Below are positions 29,129 to 38,053 of a stretch of 56,986 nt of DNA, piece by piece. The position numbers and the translations under genes were made by a program. The notes under the pieces are model-generated. The model did no database searches. It had not been told where the DNA came from and saw only the letters and a program-made list of their open reading frames with translations. How positions within the stretch are numbered: the stretch's first letter is position 1; every line of letters begins with the position of its first letter. The stretch is from Bdellovibrionota bacterium (lineage in GTDB: Bacteria > Bdellovibrionota_C > UBA2361 > OMII01): positions 1 through 56,986 of the forward strand of contig JBIJBE010000022.1 in assembly GCA_044345405.1 (NCBI GenBank), given 5' to 3'.

Positions 29129-30244
29129 GTGTCGAATCCATCGCCTGAAAAATATGTCCCTCCAGGCTCAGTGCCTCTCCGCGTTGTAGTCGACGCGGCG
29201 ATTCGTGTCGCCGAGGCTCGTGGTGAACGTGTCGTGATCGTTGGCGGCTTCGTGCGTGATCTCCTCATGCGGCGAACCGTGGGGGATTACGATCTCGATC
29301 TTGTGGTGGAAGGTGATGGGCTCGCGTTCTCCCTCGGGTTACAGAAGGAGCTCGGCGGTGAACGCCGCGAGCACGTGAGTTTTCTGACCTCGAAGCTCTT
29401 TTCGCCGTTCCGCTCAGAAAGCGGCGCCGCTCCGCACCTCTCTGAGGTGGATGTCGCGACCGCCCGCAGCGAAGAGTATGCCCGTCCCGGAGCTTTGCCA
29501 GTTGTGAAACCAACTACTATCGAGAGCGATCTGTGGCGACGTGATTTTTCAAGTAACGCGCTTGCCCTACCACTCTCCGCCTATCGAGATCTTCTTGCGG
29601 GTTCTATCTCGACGGCTGACCTCGCTCAGCGCGTTATCGATCCGTGCGCGGGATTGGCGGATATCAAAGCGGCAACCCTGCGAATTTTACATCCACAGAG
29701 TTTCATCGACGATCCAACGAGGCTCTTCCGCGCTGTGCGATACGTCGTGCGCCTCTCGTTCAACTTTGATCGCGCGACACTGGCGGGCTTTTATGAAGCG
29801 GTTCGTGGCGGCGCGCTAGCGACCTTGTCGCCGCGGCGGGTATGGAATGAGGTGCTCACCGCGCTTGGCGAAGACTCTCCTGCGGAGGTTATTCAGGAGT
29901 TTGTGGAGCGAGGACTCTTCTCTCATCTTCCGATTGTCGATGACGAGAGCGGGGAGGACGTTGTGGACGCTTTGCGCGCAATCGTTCCCCATCGAATCTC
30001 GGTAACGGAACAGGAATTTATTGAGGCGGGTAAGATTATCATCCTCGCGTTTCTCCTACAGCAAGGGCGCGACGATATCGCCCAAGCTACAAGTGAAGGG
30101 ACCCGTATGATTCGACGAGCAAAGGCGGTGGTAGATGGACAGTACTCCTCCTCCATCCAATCGCGATCGGACGCTCTCGCGATCTACGGACTTCTTCGTG
30201 ACGAGGATTGTTTAGCCCACCTCACAAAGGGGAGCGCCTCATGA
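29129..30244 (+). CDS. Class II tRNA nucleotidyltransferase (A-adding-like)
   Basis: GGFVRDLL..DLDLVV, ARSEEYARPGALP, DLWRRDFSSNA and SFIDDPTRLFRA motifs. Confidence 0.88.
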   Translation: MSNPSPEKYVPPGSVPLRVVVDAAIRVAEARGERVVIVGGFVRDLLMRRTVGDYDLDLVVEGDGLAFSLGLQKELGGERREHVSFLTSKLFSPFRSESGAAPHLSEVDVATARSEEYARPGALPVVKPTTIESDLWRRDFSSNALALPLSAYRDLLAGSISTADLAQRVIDPCAGLADIKAATLRILHPQSFIDDPTRLFRAVRYVVRLSFNFDRATLAGFYEAVRGGALATLSPRRVWNEVLTALGEDSPAEVIQEFVERGLFSHLPIVDDESGEDVVDALRAIVPHRISVTEQEFIEAGKIIILAFLLQQGRDDIAQATSEGTRMIRRAKAVVDGQYSSSIQSRSDALAIYGLLRDEDCLAHLTKGSAS

Positions 30245-31548
30245 GCACGCTCTCACGAGTTCTTTCAGAGTCGCTGCAGCGCCGGTTTCCGACCGTTGAT
30301 GTGTCGCCAAGGGCGCGCTTCTTGCCGATGCTCGATCTCTCGAAAGGGGAGGTGAGCTCCACCGCGGCGATTGAGGTCGCTCGAACTCTTCGCGGCGACG
30401 CGCTCGCGATCGCGGCGGATATCGTCTCGGACCTTGAGCTACACGTCCCCGGCGCGTGGAGCGTGGTGGCGGGCTACATCATCCTCACCGAAACGCCGAA
30501 TCATATTCTTCGTGAGGAGGCTAAGCTCCGACATGAGCTCTTTGATGGCGCTTCGGCGAAGGGGGAAACGCGAACGATCATCTGTCTCGTCCCTGATTCG
30601 ACCACCCCGGTGTACGCCCGACTTCGATTGATTGCGTGTAGCGCCATGCAGGCGTTGCTCGCCGTGGGGTTTGAGGGGGGATGCCGGCTCGGATTTGAGC
30701 CCGAGGCTCCTCGTTTGGTGTCTACCCAGGATGAAGTCATCGACCTCGTTCAGGATGCTGTGACTCGGTGCTTTCAGAATGAGGGTGAGTCCCGCCTCTC
30801 GTATGGGGTTCCTCGTGAATTCATGAGTCGGGAGGCTCCCGTCGTCGTGTGGAGCGCGCACCACTACCATGACCGACTTTCCAAAGAGGTGAAGCAGTGG
30901 TTTGTGGAGACCCGAAACAGCGGCACCGCGATTCTCAAGATTCCATCGGATGGGTGGCTTCTTAGCCGAGAGCGCGCGCTCTCTGAGCTTCTCTCATCAT
31001 CCGCCCTGGACAAGGTTGTCCGGCGTTTGAGTGGTCGAGAGGCGTGGCTTCGATGGATCCATCACCTTGCGTCCTCGATCCCATCAGGAGATCTCGACCC
31101 CGCCGTCGCGCTCTACGACGAGTGCGCCTCTCCCCGATGGAGCCTCCAGGTGCTGCATCAACGGGTGTGTCAGTTGATTTCCCCCTCAACCCGTGAAACC
31201 GAAGTGCAACTCCTCGATCGGGTCGTGTCGTCGCCCCTTGGTAATCGAGGATTGCTCCTGAGATCGTTGCTCCTGCCGGCGCTGACCGCTCGCGCCGTTC
31301 GAGAAGGGGAGGTGGTCGCGTGGAGTACCGTCGCTGAGCACTTCGCGGCTCAGGCGCATGCGGTGTTGAATGCCCCTCACTATCGCGCAGCCCTTCAAAG
31401 GGGAGAACTCTCTTCTCACGTCATGCAGATAAACGCTGGTCTAGTGCTCGGTGTTGCCGGTATACTACCGTCAATAACGGAGGGCTCATGCGCAGGTCTT
31501 CAGCAGAACAAGCTTCACAACAAAGTTCCGGAACCGGACGGGGAGTGA
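30241..31548 (+). CDS. Degenerate arginyl-tRNA synthetase paralog lacking HIGH/KMSK motifs
   Basis: ArgRS N-domain-like GEVSSTAAIEVARTLR..AIAADIV..AGYIIL and DALR-like DLDPAVA..SPRWSLQVLHQRVCQLI; directly upstream of a SPOR gene. Confidence 0.7.
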   Translation: MSTLSRVLSESLQRRFPTVDVSPRARFLPMLDLSKGEVSSTAAIEVARTLRGDALAIAADIVSDLELHVPGAWSVVAGYIILTETPNHILREEAKLRHELFDGASAKGETRTIICLVPDSTTPVYARLRLIACSAMQALLAVGFEGGCRLGFEPEAPRLVSTQDEVIDLVQDAVTRCFQNEGESRLSYGVPREFMSREAPVVVWSAHHYHDRLSKEVKQWFVETRNSGTAILKIPSDGWLLSRERALSELLSSSALDKVVRRLSGREAWLRWIHHLASSIPSGDLDPAVALYDECASPRWSLQVLHQRVCQLISPSTRETEVQLLDRVVSSPLGNRGLLLRSLLLPALTARAVREGEVVAWSTVAEHFAAQAHAVLNAPHYRAALQRGELSSHVMQINAGLVLGVAGILPSITEGSCAGLQQNKLHNKVPEPDGE

Positions 31549-32555
31549 CCCAAGGGTTCCGTGTACGTCCCACAGATGATAACGGGAGGCCGTCGATGAC
31601 GACGAGACGTGGCAGTGGCCGTGGTTGGGAGATTCGCCTCGGGGCGCTCCAGGTAGTGGTGTGGCTCGGACTGGCGATCGGCGCGGTCTTTGGCGCCTAT
31701 TTCATCGGATTCTTCTCTGGTCGGTATGTGGGCTTCGAAGCCGCTCGTACCGCTTCGGGGGTAGAGGCTCCTAAACTCGCTCTTAATGAGGAATTCCCCG
31801 AGAAGAACAAGAAGGGATGGGATGACGTGTACGGTCAGCTCGGCGGGTCCGCGGTGGTTGACTCTGAGGACAAGAAGCCAGCGGAGGCCGTGAAGCCACA
31901 GGTTCCCGATCAACGGATTGTGAAAGCGGTGCAGGAGAGTCGACAAGAGGTCGCTCAAAAGGCTCAGGAAGCTGAGTCGGCTGTCGTTGTGAAGCGAGAC
32001 GCAATCTCCGATCAAGACGCCATATTCAACCAAGACCTTGGGGGCTCGCAGGCCGTAGTCGATGAATCTCCATCGAAGGAGATCTCCGGCAAAGGTGGCG
32101 AGGTGCGTGTTCTCGGTCGAGGTGCGGATGTCGTAGAGGGAACAGGCGCTGAGCTTGAGGATTCCGCGACCGCCAAGAGGGGCGCTGTTGTGGCTCCAGC
32201 GCAAGAGGTCGTGACCAAGAAGGCTCCTGTCGTCGAAGAGGAGGCTCCAGCCGCCAAGGTTGCCAAGCCGGTTGAAACGAAGAAGGAGAAGGTCAGCGTC
32301 GTGAAGCGTCTCCCTAAGGGGTACTTCGCGCAGGTCGCTGCTCCGAAGACCAAGGGGGAGGCCGAGGAGCTCGCTCGTAAACTCAGAAAATCTGGGTTCC
32401 CAGTGGTTCTTGAGGATAACAGCACGGGACGCTCGCCTTTCTATCGGGTTATGGTTGGCCCTGAGGATAATAAAGTTCAAGCAGATCGAATGCTTGGACA
32501 GCTTAAGCGCGAAAAATACCTAGATGGGAAGATCTTCGTTCGACAGGTTAAATAG
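31488..32555 (+). CDS. SPOR-domain (FtsN/DedD-like) membrane protein
   Basis: One TM helix, long linker, C-terminal YFAQVAA...A..L..KL...G...YRVMVGP SPOR domain. Start is 31488 or GTG 31545. Confidence 0.88.
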   Translation: MRRSSAEQASQQSSGTGRGVTQGFRVRPTDDNGRPSMTTRRGSGRGWEIRLGALQVVVWLGLAIGAVFGAYFIGFFSGRYVGFEAARTASGVEAPKLALNEEFPEKNKKGWDDVYGQLGGSAVVDSEDKKPAEAVKPQVPDQRIVKAVQESRQEVAQKAQEAESAVVVKRDAISDQDAIFNQDLGGSQAVVDESPSKEISGKGGEVRVLGRGADVVEGTGAELEDSATAKRGAVVAPAQEVVTKKAPVVEEEAPAAKVAKPVETKKEKVSVVKRLPKGYFAQVAAPKTKGEAEELARKLRKSGFPVVLEDNSTGRSPFYRVMVGPEDNKVQADRMLGQLKREKYLDGKIFVRQVK

Positions 32556-32587
32556 CGCCGGTTGAGCCCACAGTTACCTCTATTTTG

Positions 32588-32615
32588 TTGAGTTGGTTGC
32601 TCTAATCTCCGATAG
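32588..32615 (+). promoter_or_regulatory. sigma28-type promoter upstream of PP2C gene
   Basis: TTGAG-N15-TCCGATAG. Confidence 0.5.
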
Positions 32616-32697
32616 TAATTGGAAGGAGCGTCGCAGGGTTAGGCATCCCGTATGTCTCGCTGTCTCCGACCTGCCGGAAGCTTAAGTACAACCGCTC

Positions 32698-34668
32698 ATG
32701 ACAACGTCAGCGCAGCAAAGAGGATTGGATCTCTCGTCGTTACGGTGTGCCGCGGGCACCGACGTTGGTATGCGGCGTGAGGAGAATCAGGACTCCTTCG
32801 GCGTCGTACGCCACCCTGGCTTTCAAGGATTCTTCGTCGCGGATGGAATGGGGGGAGTTAAAGGTGGCGCTATCGCCTCGCGACTCGCTATCTCAGTTTT
32901 GGAGCAGGCTCTTCCACCCCTCGGTGCGGGTATTAAACCCGAGAGCCTCTCCTCGGTGGTTTTCACTATAAACTCCAAGATATTTGAACAGGGCACGGCG
33001 CAACCGGAGCTTGCTGGCATGGGAACGACCCTTGTCGGATTAGTGTTCACCCCGAGTGGGATGCTCGTGGTGAATGTTGGCGACTCCCGCGCCTACCGGA
33101 TCCGAGGTGATTCGATCTCGCAGATATCTGAGGACCACACCCTCGTTCGCGAGTTGGTTCGTTCTGGTGCCATCTCAAGCCAGGAGGCCGAGCACCATCC
33201 GGTTTCTCACATGTTGACCCGCTCGCTGGGGCCTCTGGCTGAGGTGATCGTGGAGTGTCGACGAGAGAGCGATGAGCCACAGGAAGGAGATATCTACGTC
33301 CTGTGTTCCGATGGACTTTACAACTTCGTTCAAGACCACGAGATCCTTGATGTGGTGCGCCAGAATCCACTCGATGACGCCAATCAGATCTTGATCAATC
33401 TGGCTAATCGTCGTGGGGGTAGCGACAATATTACCGTTCTTGTCGTCTCGGTTGGTGAGGTGGGCGGGCGTCGCCGTGGGCAGGACTATCGCAAGGCGCG
33501 CGCTGTTTCGAGCGCCGTCGCGAGTGACCGGGGTAGCGATGAATCGATCTCCACTCCAGAGAACAGTACTGGCGACTCGGGAGCCCAAAATACCGCAACC
33601 GCATCCGTGGCTGAGAGCGCTCCTGTCGTCGCGCCCCGAGTTGAGGAACCGAAGGACTATCACGCCGAGCGCGAGAGTCTTAAAGAGCGAAAGCGTCGCA
33701 TCTACTATCAGAGTCAGGGTGTTCCGGTTACGTTGATGCTTGGTGCCGCGGTGTTCTTTGGGCTCATCGTTGGCGATGTGGCTCGTCGGTGGGGTGGCTT
33801 CCCTGATTTCGTCTCGCTTTTCACCGGTAATTCGTGGCCTCAGAGAGAAGGAAGGGGCTCAGGTGCCAAATTTGATGACATCACCGAAGAGCTCGCCCTT
33901 ACCCGTTCTCGCTCCGGGGGTCGGGAGGGTCTTCCTGATATCGCTCGCCGGGTCGGAGGGGGTGAGTTTAGCTCCCGAGGCAGGTCGGGTCAGTCGAACG
34001 GACTCTCGCTGAACAGATCTGCCCTTGAGAGCGCCGCCACGAAGATCGAGACGCAACTCACCATGCTCTCATCCGCTAACCCAGAGGTCGCCGGCGCGTC
34101 CCTGCAACGAGCGCGGTCGCAACGTGATGGATTCGCTCGCGAGCTGAAGGAGATCGAGTCTCAGATCGATATCGCCTCTCGTAAGCTCTCGTTGTGGTTT
34201 GGAAGAAAGAAAAAAGCTGAGAGTGGAGGGCAGGAGCTCTTTCAGTCCGGCGGCGATATGGAGCGGGTGGGCGCTGTGTCGGAGCGTGTGAAGCGCAAGG
34301 CCGCCGAGTGGACCGAAGCGACCTACCGGTTGCAAGCGAAGCAGGATGAGTTTGAATTGTATCCCTCTAACGACGATCTTCGTCGCGAGGTGGAGCGGCT
34401 ATCAGAGGCCCGTTCGCAGCTTCAAGAGAAGCTGCGCGATGAGGTTGGCATCGCTATCGACGGGGTATTGGCTGAGACCTATCGCCAGCTCGAGGAGTTA
34501 AAGGCTCGTCGCGATATCGTGGCGGCACAGGCAGGTAACGCCGAGGAGGAGGTCGAATTCCTTGAAACGGTCGCTAATCCGGACGATGGGGCGCGTGGTG
34601 CCCTTCGCAAACGGCTCGAGGGTGAGCTCGCTGACATTCGTGAGGCGATAGCGGAGCTGAAGGGCTGA
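32698..34668 (+). CDS. PP2C/Stp1 Ser/Thr phosphatase fused to a TM helix and long coiled coil
   Basis: RREENQD, VADGMGG, NVGDSRAY, LCSDGL and GGSDNIT motifs, then a hydrophobic segment and heptads. Confidence 0.9.
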   Translation: MTTSAQQRGLDLSSLRCAAGTDVGMRREENQDSFGVVRHPGFQGFFVADGMGGVKGGAIASRLAISVLEQALPPLGAGIKPESLSSVVFTINSKIFEQGTAQPELAGMGTTLVGLVFTPSGMLVVNVGDSRAYRIRGDSISQISEDHTLVRELVRSGAISSQEAEHHPVSHMLTRSLGPLAEVIVECRRESDEPQEGDIYVLCSDGLYNFVQDHEILDVVRQNPLDDANQILINLANRRGGSDNITVLVVSVGEVGGRRRGQDYRKARAVSSAVASDRGSDESISTPENSTGDSGAQNTATASVAESAPVVAPRVEEPKDYHAERESLKERKRRIYYQSQGVPVTLMLGAAVFFGLIVGDVARRWGGFPDFVSLFTGNSWPQREGRGSGAKFDDITEELALTRSRSGGREGLPDIARRVGGGEFSSRGRSGQSNGLSLNRSALESAATKIETQLTMLSSANPEVAGASLQRARSQRDGFARELKEIESQIDIASRKLSLWFGRKKKAESGGQELFQSGGDMERVGAVSERVKRKAAEWTEATYRLQAKQDEFELYPSNDDLRREVERLSEARSQLQEKLRDEVGIAIDGVLAETYRQLEELKARRDIVAAQAGNAEEEVEFLETVANPDDGARGALRKRLEGELADIREAIAELKG

Positions 34669-34849
34669 TCGGCCACTTCGTTTTTGTAGAGATACCAAAA
34701 GCTTACGTGGGAAGCCCTAATTCGTTCCCATCGGGGTGTAGAGAGCGCCAAAGAGTGCCGTACCGCGTACTCTCTCACTGGAAAGGAACGGGGGGGCGGG
34801 GTATCCTTTCGGCGCAGTTCTAACGTGCGTCGTAAGCAGAGATTATCCC

Positions 34850-36436
34850 ATGAAAAAATGTGCCCTTTTGAGCGTCTCCGACCGGACCGGTCTTCCTGAA
34901 TTAGCCGCGGCCCTCGACGGAGCGGGGTATACCCTTCTCGCGACTTCCGGCACCGGCAAGGCGTTAGATGAGGCAAAGATCCCATGGACCTCAGTGGAGT
35001 CGTACACGGGACTCGCGGAGCTCCTTGATGGGCGTGTGAAGACCCTCCATCCAAAGATCCACGGAGGGATCCTAGCTCGACGAGATCAACCGCATCACCT
35101 CAAGCAGATGGAGGAGGCGCAGATCGGGCCGATCGATGTGGTGATTGTGAACCTCTATCCCTTCCTCAAGTACGTGCAGAGCGAGAAAGCATCGAAGCCC
35201 GAGGAGATGACCGAGCTTGTCGATGTTGGCGGTCCAACGATGATCCGCGCCGCGGCGAAGAATCACGCCTTCGTGCTGCCCCTGATCGATCCGGCTGATT
35301 ATCCCGAAGTTGTGGAGGCGCTCTCCGCGAAGAAGGGTGGGGATCCGTTCTCACTTGAGATGCGGCGTCGTTTGGCGGCGAAGGTTTTCGCGACCCTCTC
35401 GCAGTACGATGGAGCTATCGCCAGATACTTTGGGGGGCTCGTATCCGGTGAGCAGACAAGCGCCGCGCAAGCGGAGCTTCCCGCGGAGTGTACCGTTACC
35501 CTCTCAAAGGTTTCAGACTTGCGATACGGAGAGAATCCTCATCAACGAGCGGCGCTCTATGAGGCGACCTCGAACTCGTTAACGCTCTTCTCGGGGCCGA
35601 AATGGGAGCAGTTAGGTGGAAAGGAGTTGTCGTACAACAATATGCTCGATCTCGACGCGGGATTGAGGCTCCTCTCAGATCTTCCGACCGAGCGCACTAC
35701 CGTGGCGATTCTCAAGCACCTCAATCCGTGCGGTGTAGCGGTAGGAAAATCGGTGGTTGAGGCTATCGAGCGAGCGAAGGAGTGTGATCCTCGAAGCCAT
35801 TTCGGAGGTGTGTTGGTTTGTAATCGTCCGGTTGATCGAGCCGCGGCTGAGGAGATTCGGGGCGATTTCGCGGAGCTCGTCCTCGCCCCTGATTTCGTTG
35901 ATGGCGCGCTCGATGTCCTTCGCACGAGCAAGAATCTACGAATCCTTAAGGTCGATGTCTCAACGCTCAAGGGATTCGACGCGCGAACGATAGCGGGTGG
36001 AGTGCTCGTACAGGAGCCCGATATCGATCGCTCCCGCATCGCGCACGCGGCGCTCTCGTCCTCTCGTCCACCAAGTGATGAGGAGCTTGCGGATCTTGAG
36101 CTCGCGTGGCGCATCGTTGGTCACGTGAAGTCGAACGCCATCGTGCTCGTTCGTGATGGACTTCTGATCGGCGTGGGCGCTGGACAGATGAGCCGGATCG
36201 ATTCCGTTGAGTTGGCTATCAGAAAGGCGAAAGCGCATGGTCACCTCCTGAACGGCGCTGTGGCCGCTTCTGATGCCTTCTTCCCATTCCCTGATTCCGT
36301 TGAGACGCTCGCCGGAGAGGGTATAACGTGCGTGATCGCTCCAGCTGGCGCACGTAAGGATGATGAGGTGAAGGCGACCGCGAGCGCGAAGAACGTCTCG
36401 CTCTTCTTCGCGAGCGATAGACACTTTAGACACTAG
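34850..36436 (+). CDS. purH: AICAR transformylase/IMP cyclohydrolase
   Basis: ALLSVSD, GRVKTLHP, LRYGENPHQ, ASDAFFPF and RHFRH motifs. Confidence 0.98.
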   Translation: MKKCALLSVSDRTGLPELAAALDGAGYTLLATSGTGKALDEAKIPWTSVESYTGLAELLDGRVKTLHPKIHGGILARRDQPHHLKQMEEAQIGPIDVVIVNLYPFLKYVQSEKASKPEEMTELVDVGGPTMIRAAAKNHAFVLPLIDPADYPEVVEALSAKKGGDPFSLEMRRRLAAKVFATLSQYDGAIARYFGGLVSGEQTSAAQAELPAECTVTLSKVSDLRYGENPHQRAALYEATSNSLTLFSGPKWEQLGGKELSYNNMLDLDAGLRLLSDLPTERTTVAILKHLNPCGVAVGKSVVEAIERAKECDPRSHFGGVLVCNRPVDRAAAEEIRGDFAELVLAPDFVDGALDVLRTSKNLRILKVDVSTLKGFDARTIAGGVLVQEPDIDRSRIAHAALSSSRPPSDEELADLELAWRIVGHVKSNAIVLVRDGLLIGVGAGQMSRIDSVELAIRKAKAHGHLLNGAVAASDAFFPFPDSVETLAGEGITCVIAPAGARKDDEVKATASAKNVSLFFASDRHFRH

Positions 36437-36448
36437 AAGGGATCTCCT

Positions 36449-37714
36449 ATGAAAGTTCTTGTAGTTGGAAGCGGCGCGCGAGAGCACGCCATCTGTTGGC
36501 GCCTCGCGATGTCGAAGCAGGTCTCTCACGTGACATGCGCGCCCGGTAACGCCGGGATCGCCACGTGCGCTGAGGTTGTTCCGATCGCCGCTACGGCGGT
36601 CAACGATCTCCTCAAGCTCGCGCAAGAGAAGGGGATCGACCTTACGGTTGTGGGTCCTGAGGTCGCGCTTGAGGCGGGGATCGTGGATCTCTTCCAAGCT
36701 CACGGCAAAGCTATCGCTGGACCTTCACAAGCGGCGGCGCTCCTTGAGAGCTCGAAAGCGTTCGCTAAAGAGGTGATGGTGGCGGCTGGTGTTCCAACCG
36801 CGTCGTACGAGGTGTTTACCGCGGAGCGTGAGCTCCGTGACTACTGCCAAAAGAAAGGCGCTCCGCTCGTGTTGAAGACCGACGGTCTCGCGTCGGGTAA
36901 GGGCGTGTTCGTTGTGACGGACGCCAACGATTTCGAGCCCGCGTTTCAGCAGCTCTTTGGGCCACTCCACGCTGAACGGGTGGTGGTAGAGGAGTTTCTC
37001 GATGGCGTTGAGGTGAGTTGCATCTTCGCGTGCAATGGACGTGAGGTTATTCCTCTCGCTCCAGCGCACGACTATAAGCGTTTGCGAGATAACGATGAGG
37101 GGCCAAATACCGGTGGTATGGGTTCCGTGTGTCCTTCGCCCCGTATCTCTGGCGCTGAGCTTGAGTGGATTCAGGAGCGGTGCGCCGCGCCGATCCTTAC
37201 GGAGATGGCGAAGCGGGGAACTCCGTTCTCGGGATTTCTTTATGCGGGACTTATGGTTCCCCGTGATCCGTCGCGACGCCCGGAAGGGATACGGGTTCTT
37301 GAGTACAACACCCGACTTGGTGACCCTGAGTGTCAGGCGATCTTAGTTCGTCTGGCGAGTGAGCCAACCGAGCTGTTTCAATGGATAGCTGGCGTGCGTA
37401 ACGATAAGCCAACGCTCTCGTGGCGAAAGGAGGTAAGCACCTGTGTGGTTATCGCCTCCGATGGCTACCCTGAAGGGGTGTCGAAGGGAGATGAGATCGT
37501 AGGGGTTGACCTCGCCGTACTCGTTCCCGACGCGATTGTGTTTCACGCCGCGACCTCAGTGAATGAGAAGGGGCGCTTAGTATCCAATGGCGGGCGGACC
37601 GTAAGCGTGGTTGGATTAGGGAGTGATGTTGAGGGCGCTCGACGTGTGGCCTACAAGGGGGTCGACCTCATTCAATTGCGTGGACGTCGAGTTCGTAGAG
37701 ATATTGGGAGCTAA
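36449..37714 (+). CDS. purD: Phosphoribosylamine-glycine ligase
   Basis: GSGAREHA, DGLASGKGV, GPNTGGMG and RLGDPECQ motifs. Confidence 0.98.
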   Translation: MKVLVVGSGAREHAICWRLAMSKQVSHVTCAPGNAGIATCAEVVPIAATAVNDLLKLAQEKGIDLTVVGPEVALEAGIVDLFQAHGKAIAGPSQAAALLESSKAFAKEVMVAAGVPTASYEVFTAERELRDYCQKKGAPLVLKTDGLASGKGVFVVTDANDFEPAFQQLFGPLHAERVVVEEFLDGVEVSCIFACNGREVIPLAPAHDYKRLRDNDEGPNTGGMGSVCPSPRISGAELEWIQERCAAPILTEMAKRGTPFSGFLYAGLMVPRDPSRRPEGIRVLEYNTRLGDPECQAILVRLASEPTELFQWIAGVRNDKPTLSWRKEVSTCVVIASDGYPEGVSKGDEIVGVDLAVLVPDAIVFHAATSVNEKGRLVSNGGRTVSVVGLGSDVEGARRVAYKGVDLIQLRGRRVRRDIGS

Positions 37715-37720
37715 CCAGAG

Positions 37721-38053
37721 ATGATAAAATTCGCGCTTGGATTTTTGATCGGTATCCTTGGTGTCTTGGCTATTCAGGAGCAGTCGGAGGCCGCGGACCT
37801 AAAGATCGTTGACTCGGCTGGTCTCATTCGAGGTGTTCGTGTGGTGCGAGATTCCTCCCAAGTCACCGTGTCGTTGGTCGATCCGAAAGGGGCTCGGGGT
37901 GAGTGCGTCGCGAGTAACGTTGATGGTATCGCCTCTGAGCGTCGCGAACCGATCTCTCCTAAGGGGGAGTGCGTCTTTAACGCGCTCGCCGCTGGCACTT
38001 GGCAGGTCACGGTAACTGGTGGCGCCCGATGGCGAGTGCGAATCGATGAGTAG
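37721..38053 (+). CDS. Small secreted beta-sandwich-like protein
   Basis: Signal peptide; GEC.F..L..GTWQV pattern resembles a carboxypeptidase-regulatory-like fold. Confidence 0.6.
   Translation: MIKFALGFLIGILGVLAIQEQSEAADLKIVDSAGLIRGVRVVRDSSQVTVSLVDPKGARGECVASNVDGIASERREPISPKGECVFNALAAGTWQVTVTGGARWRVRIDE

Noticed and set aside
34669-34849. ZTP or purine riboswitch before purH
   Set aside because: Conserved ZTP motifs (GACUGGCG, CGCCUGGGC) and purine aptamer motifs were not found.
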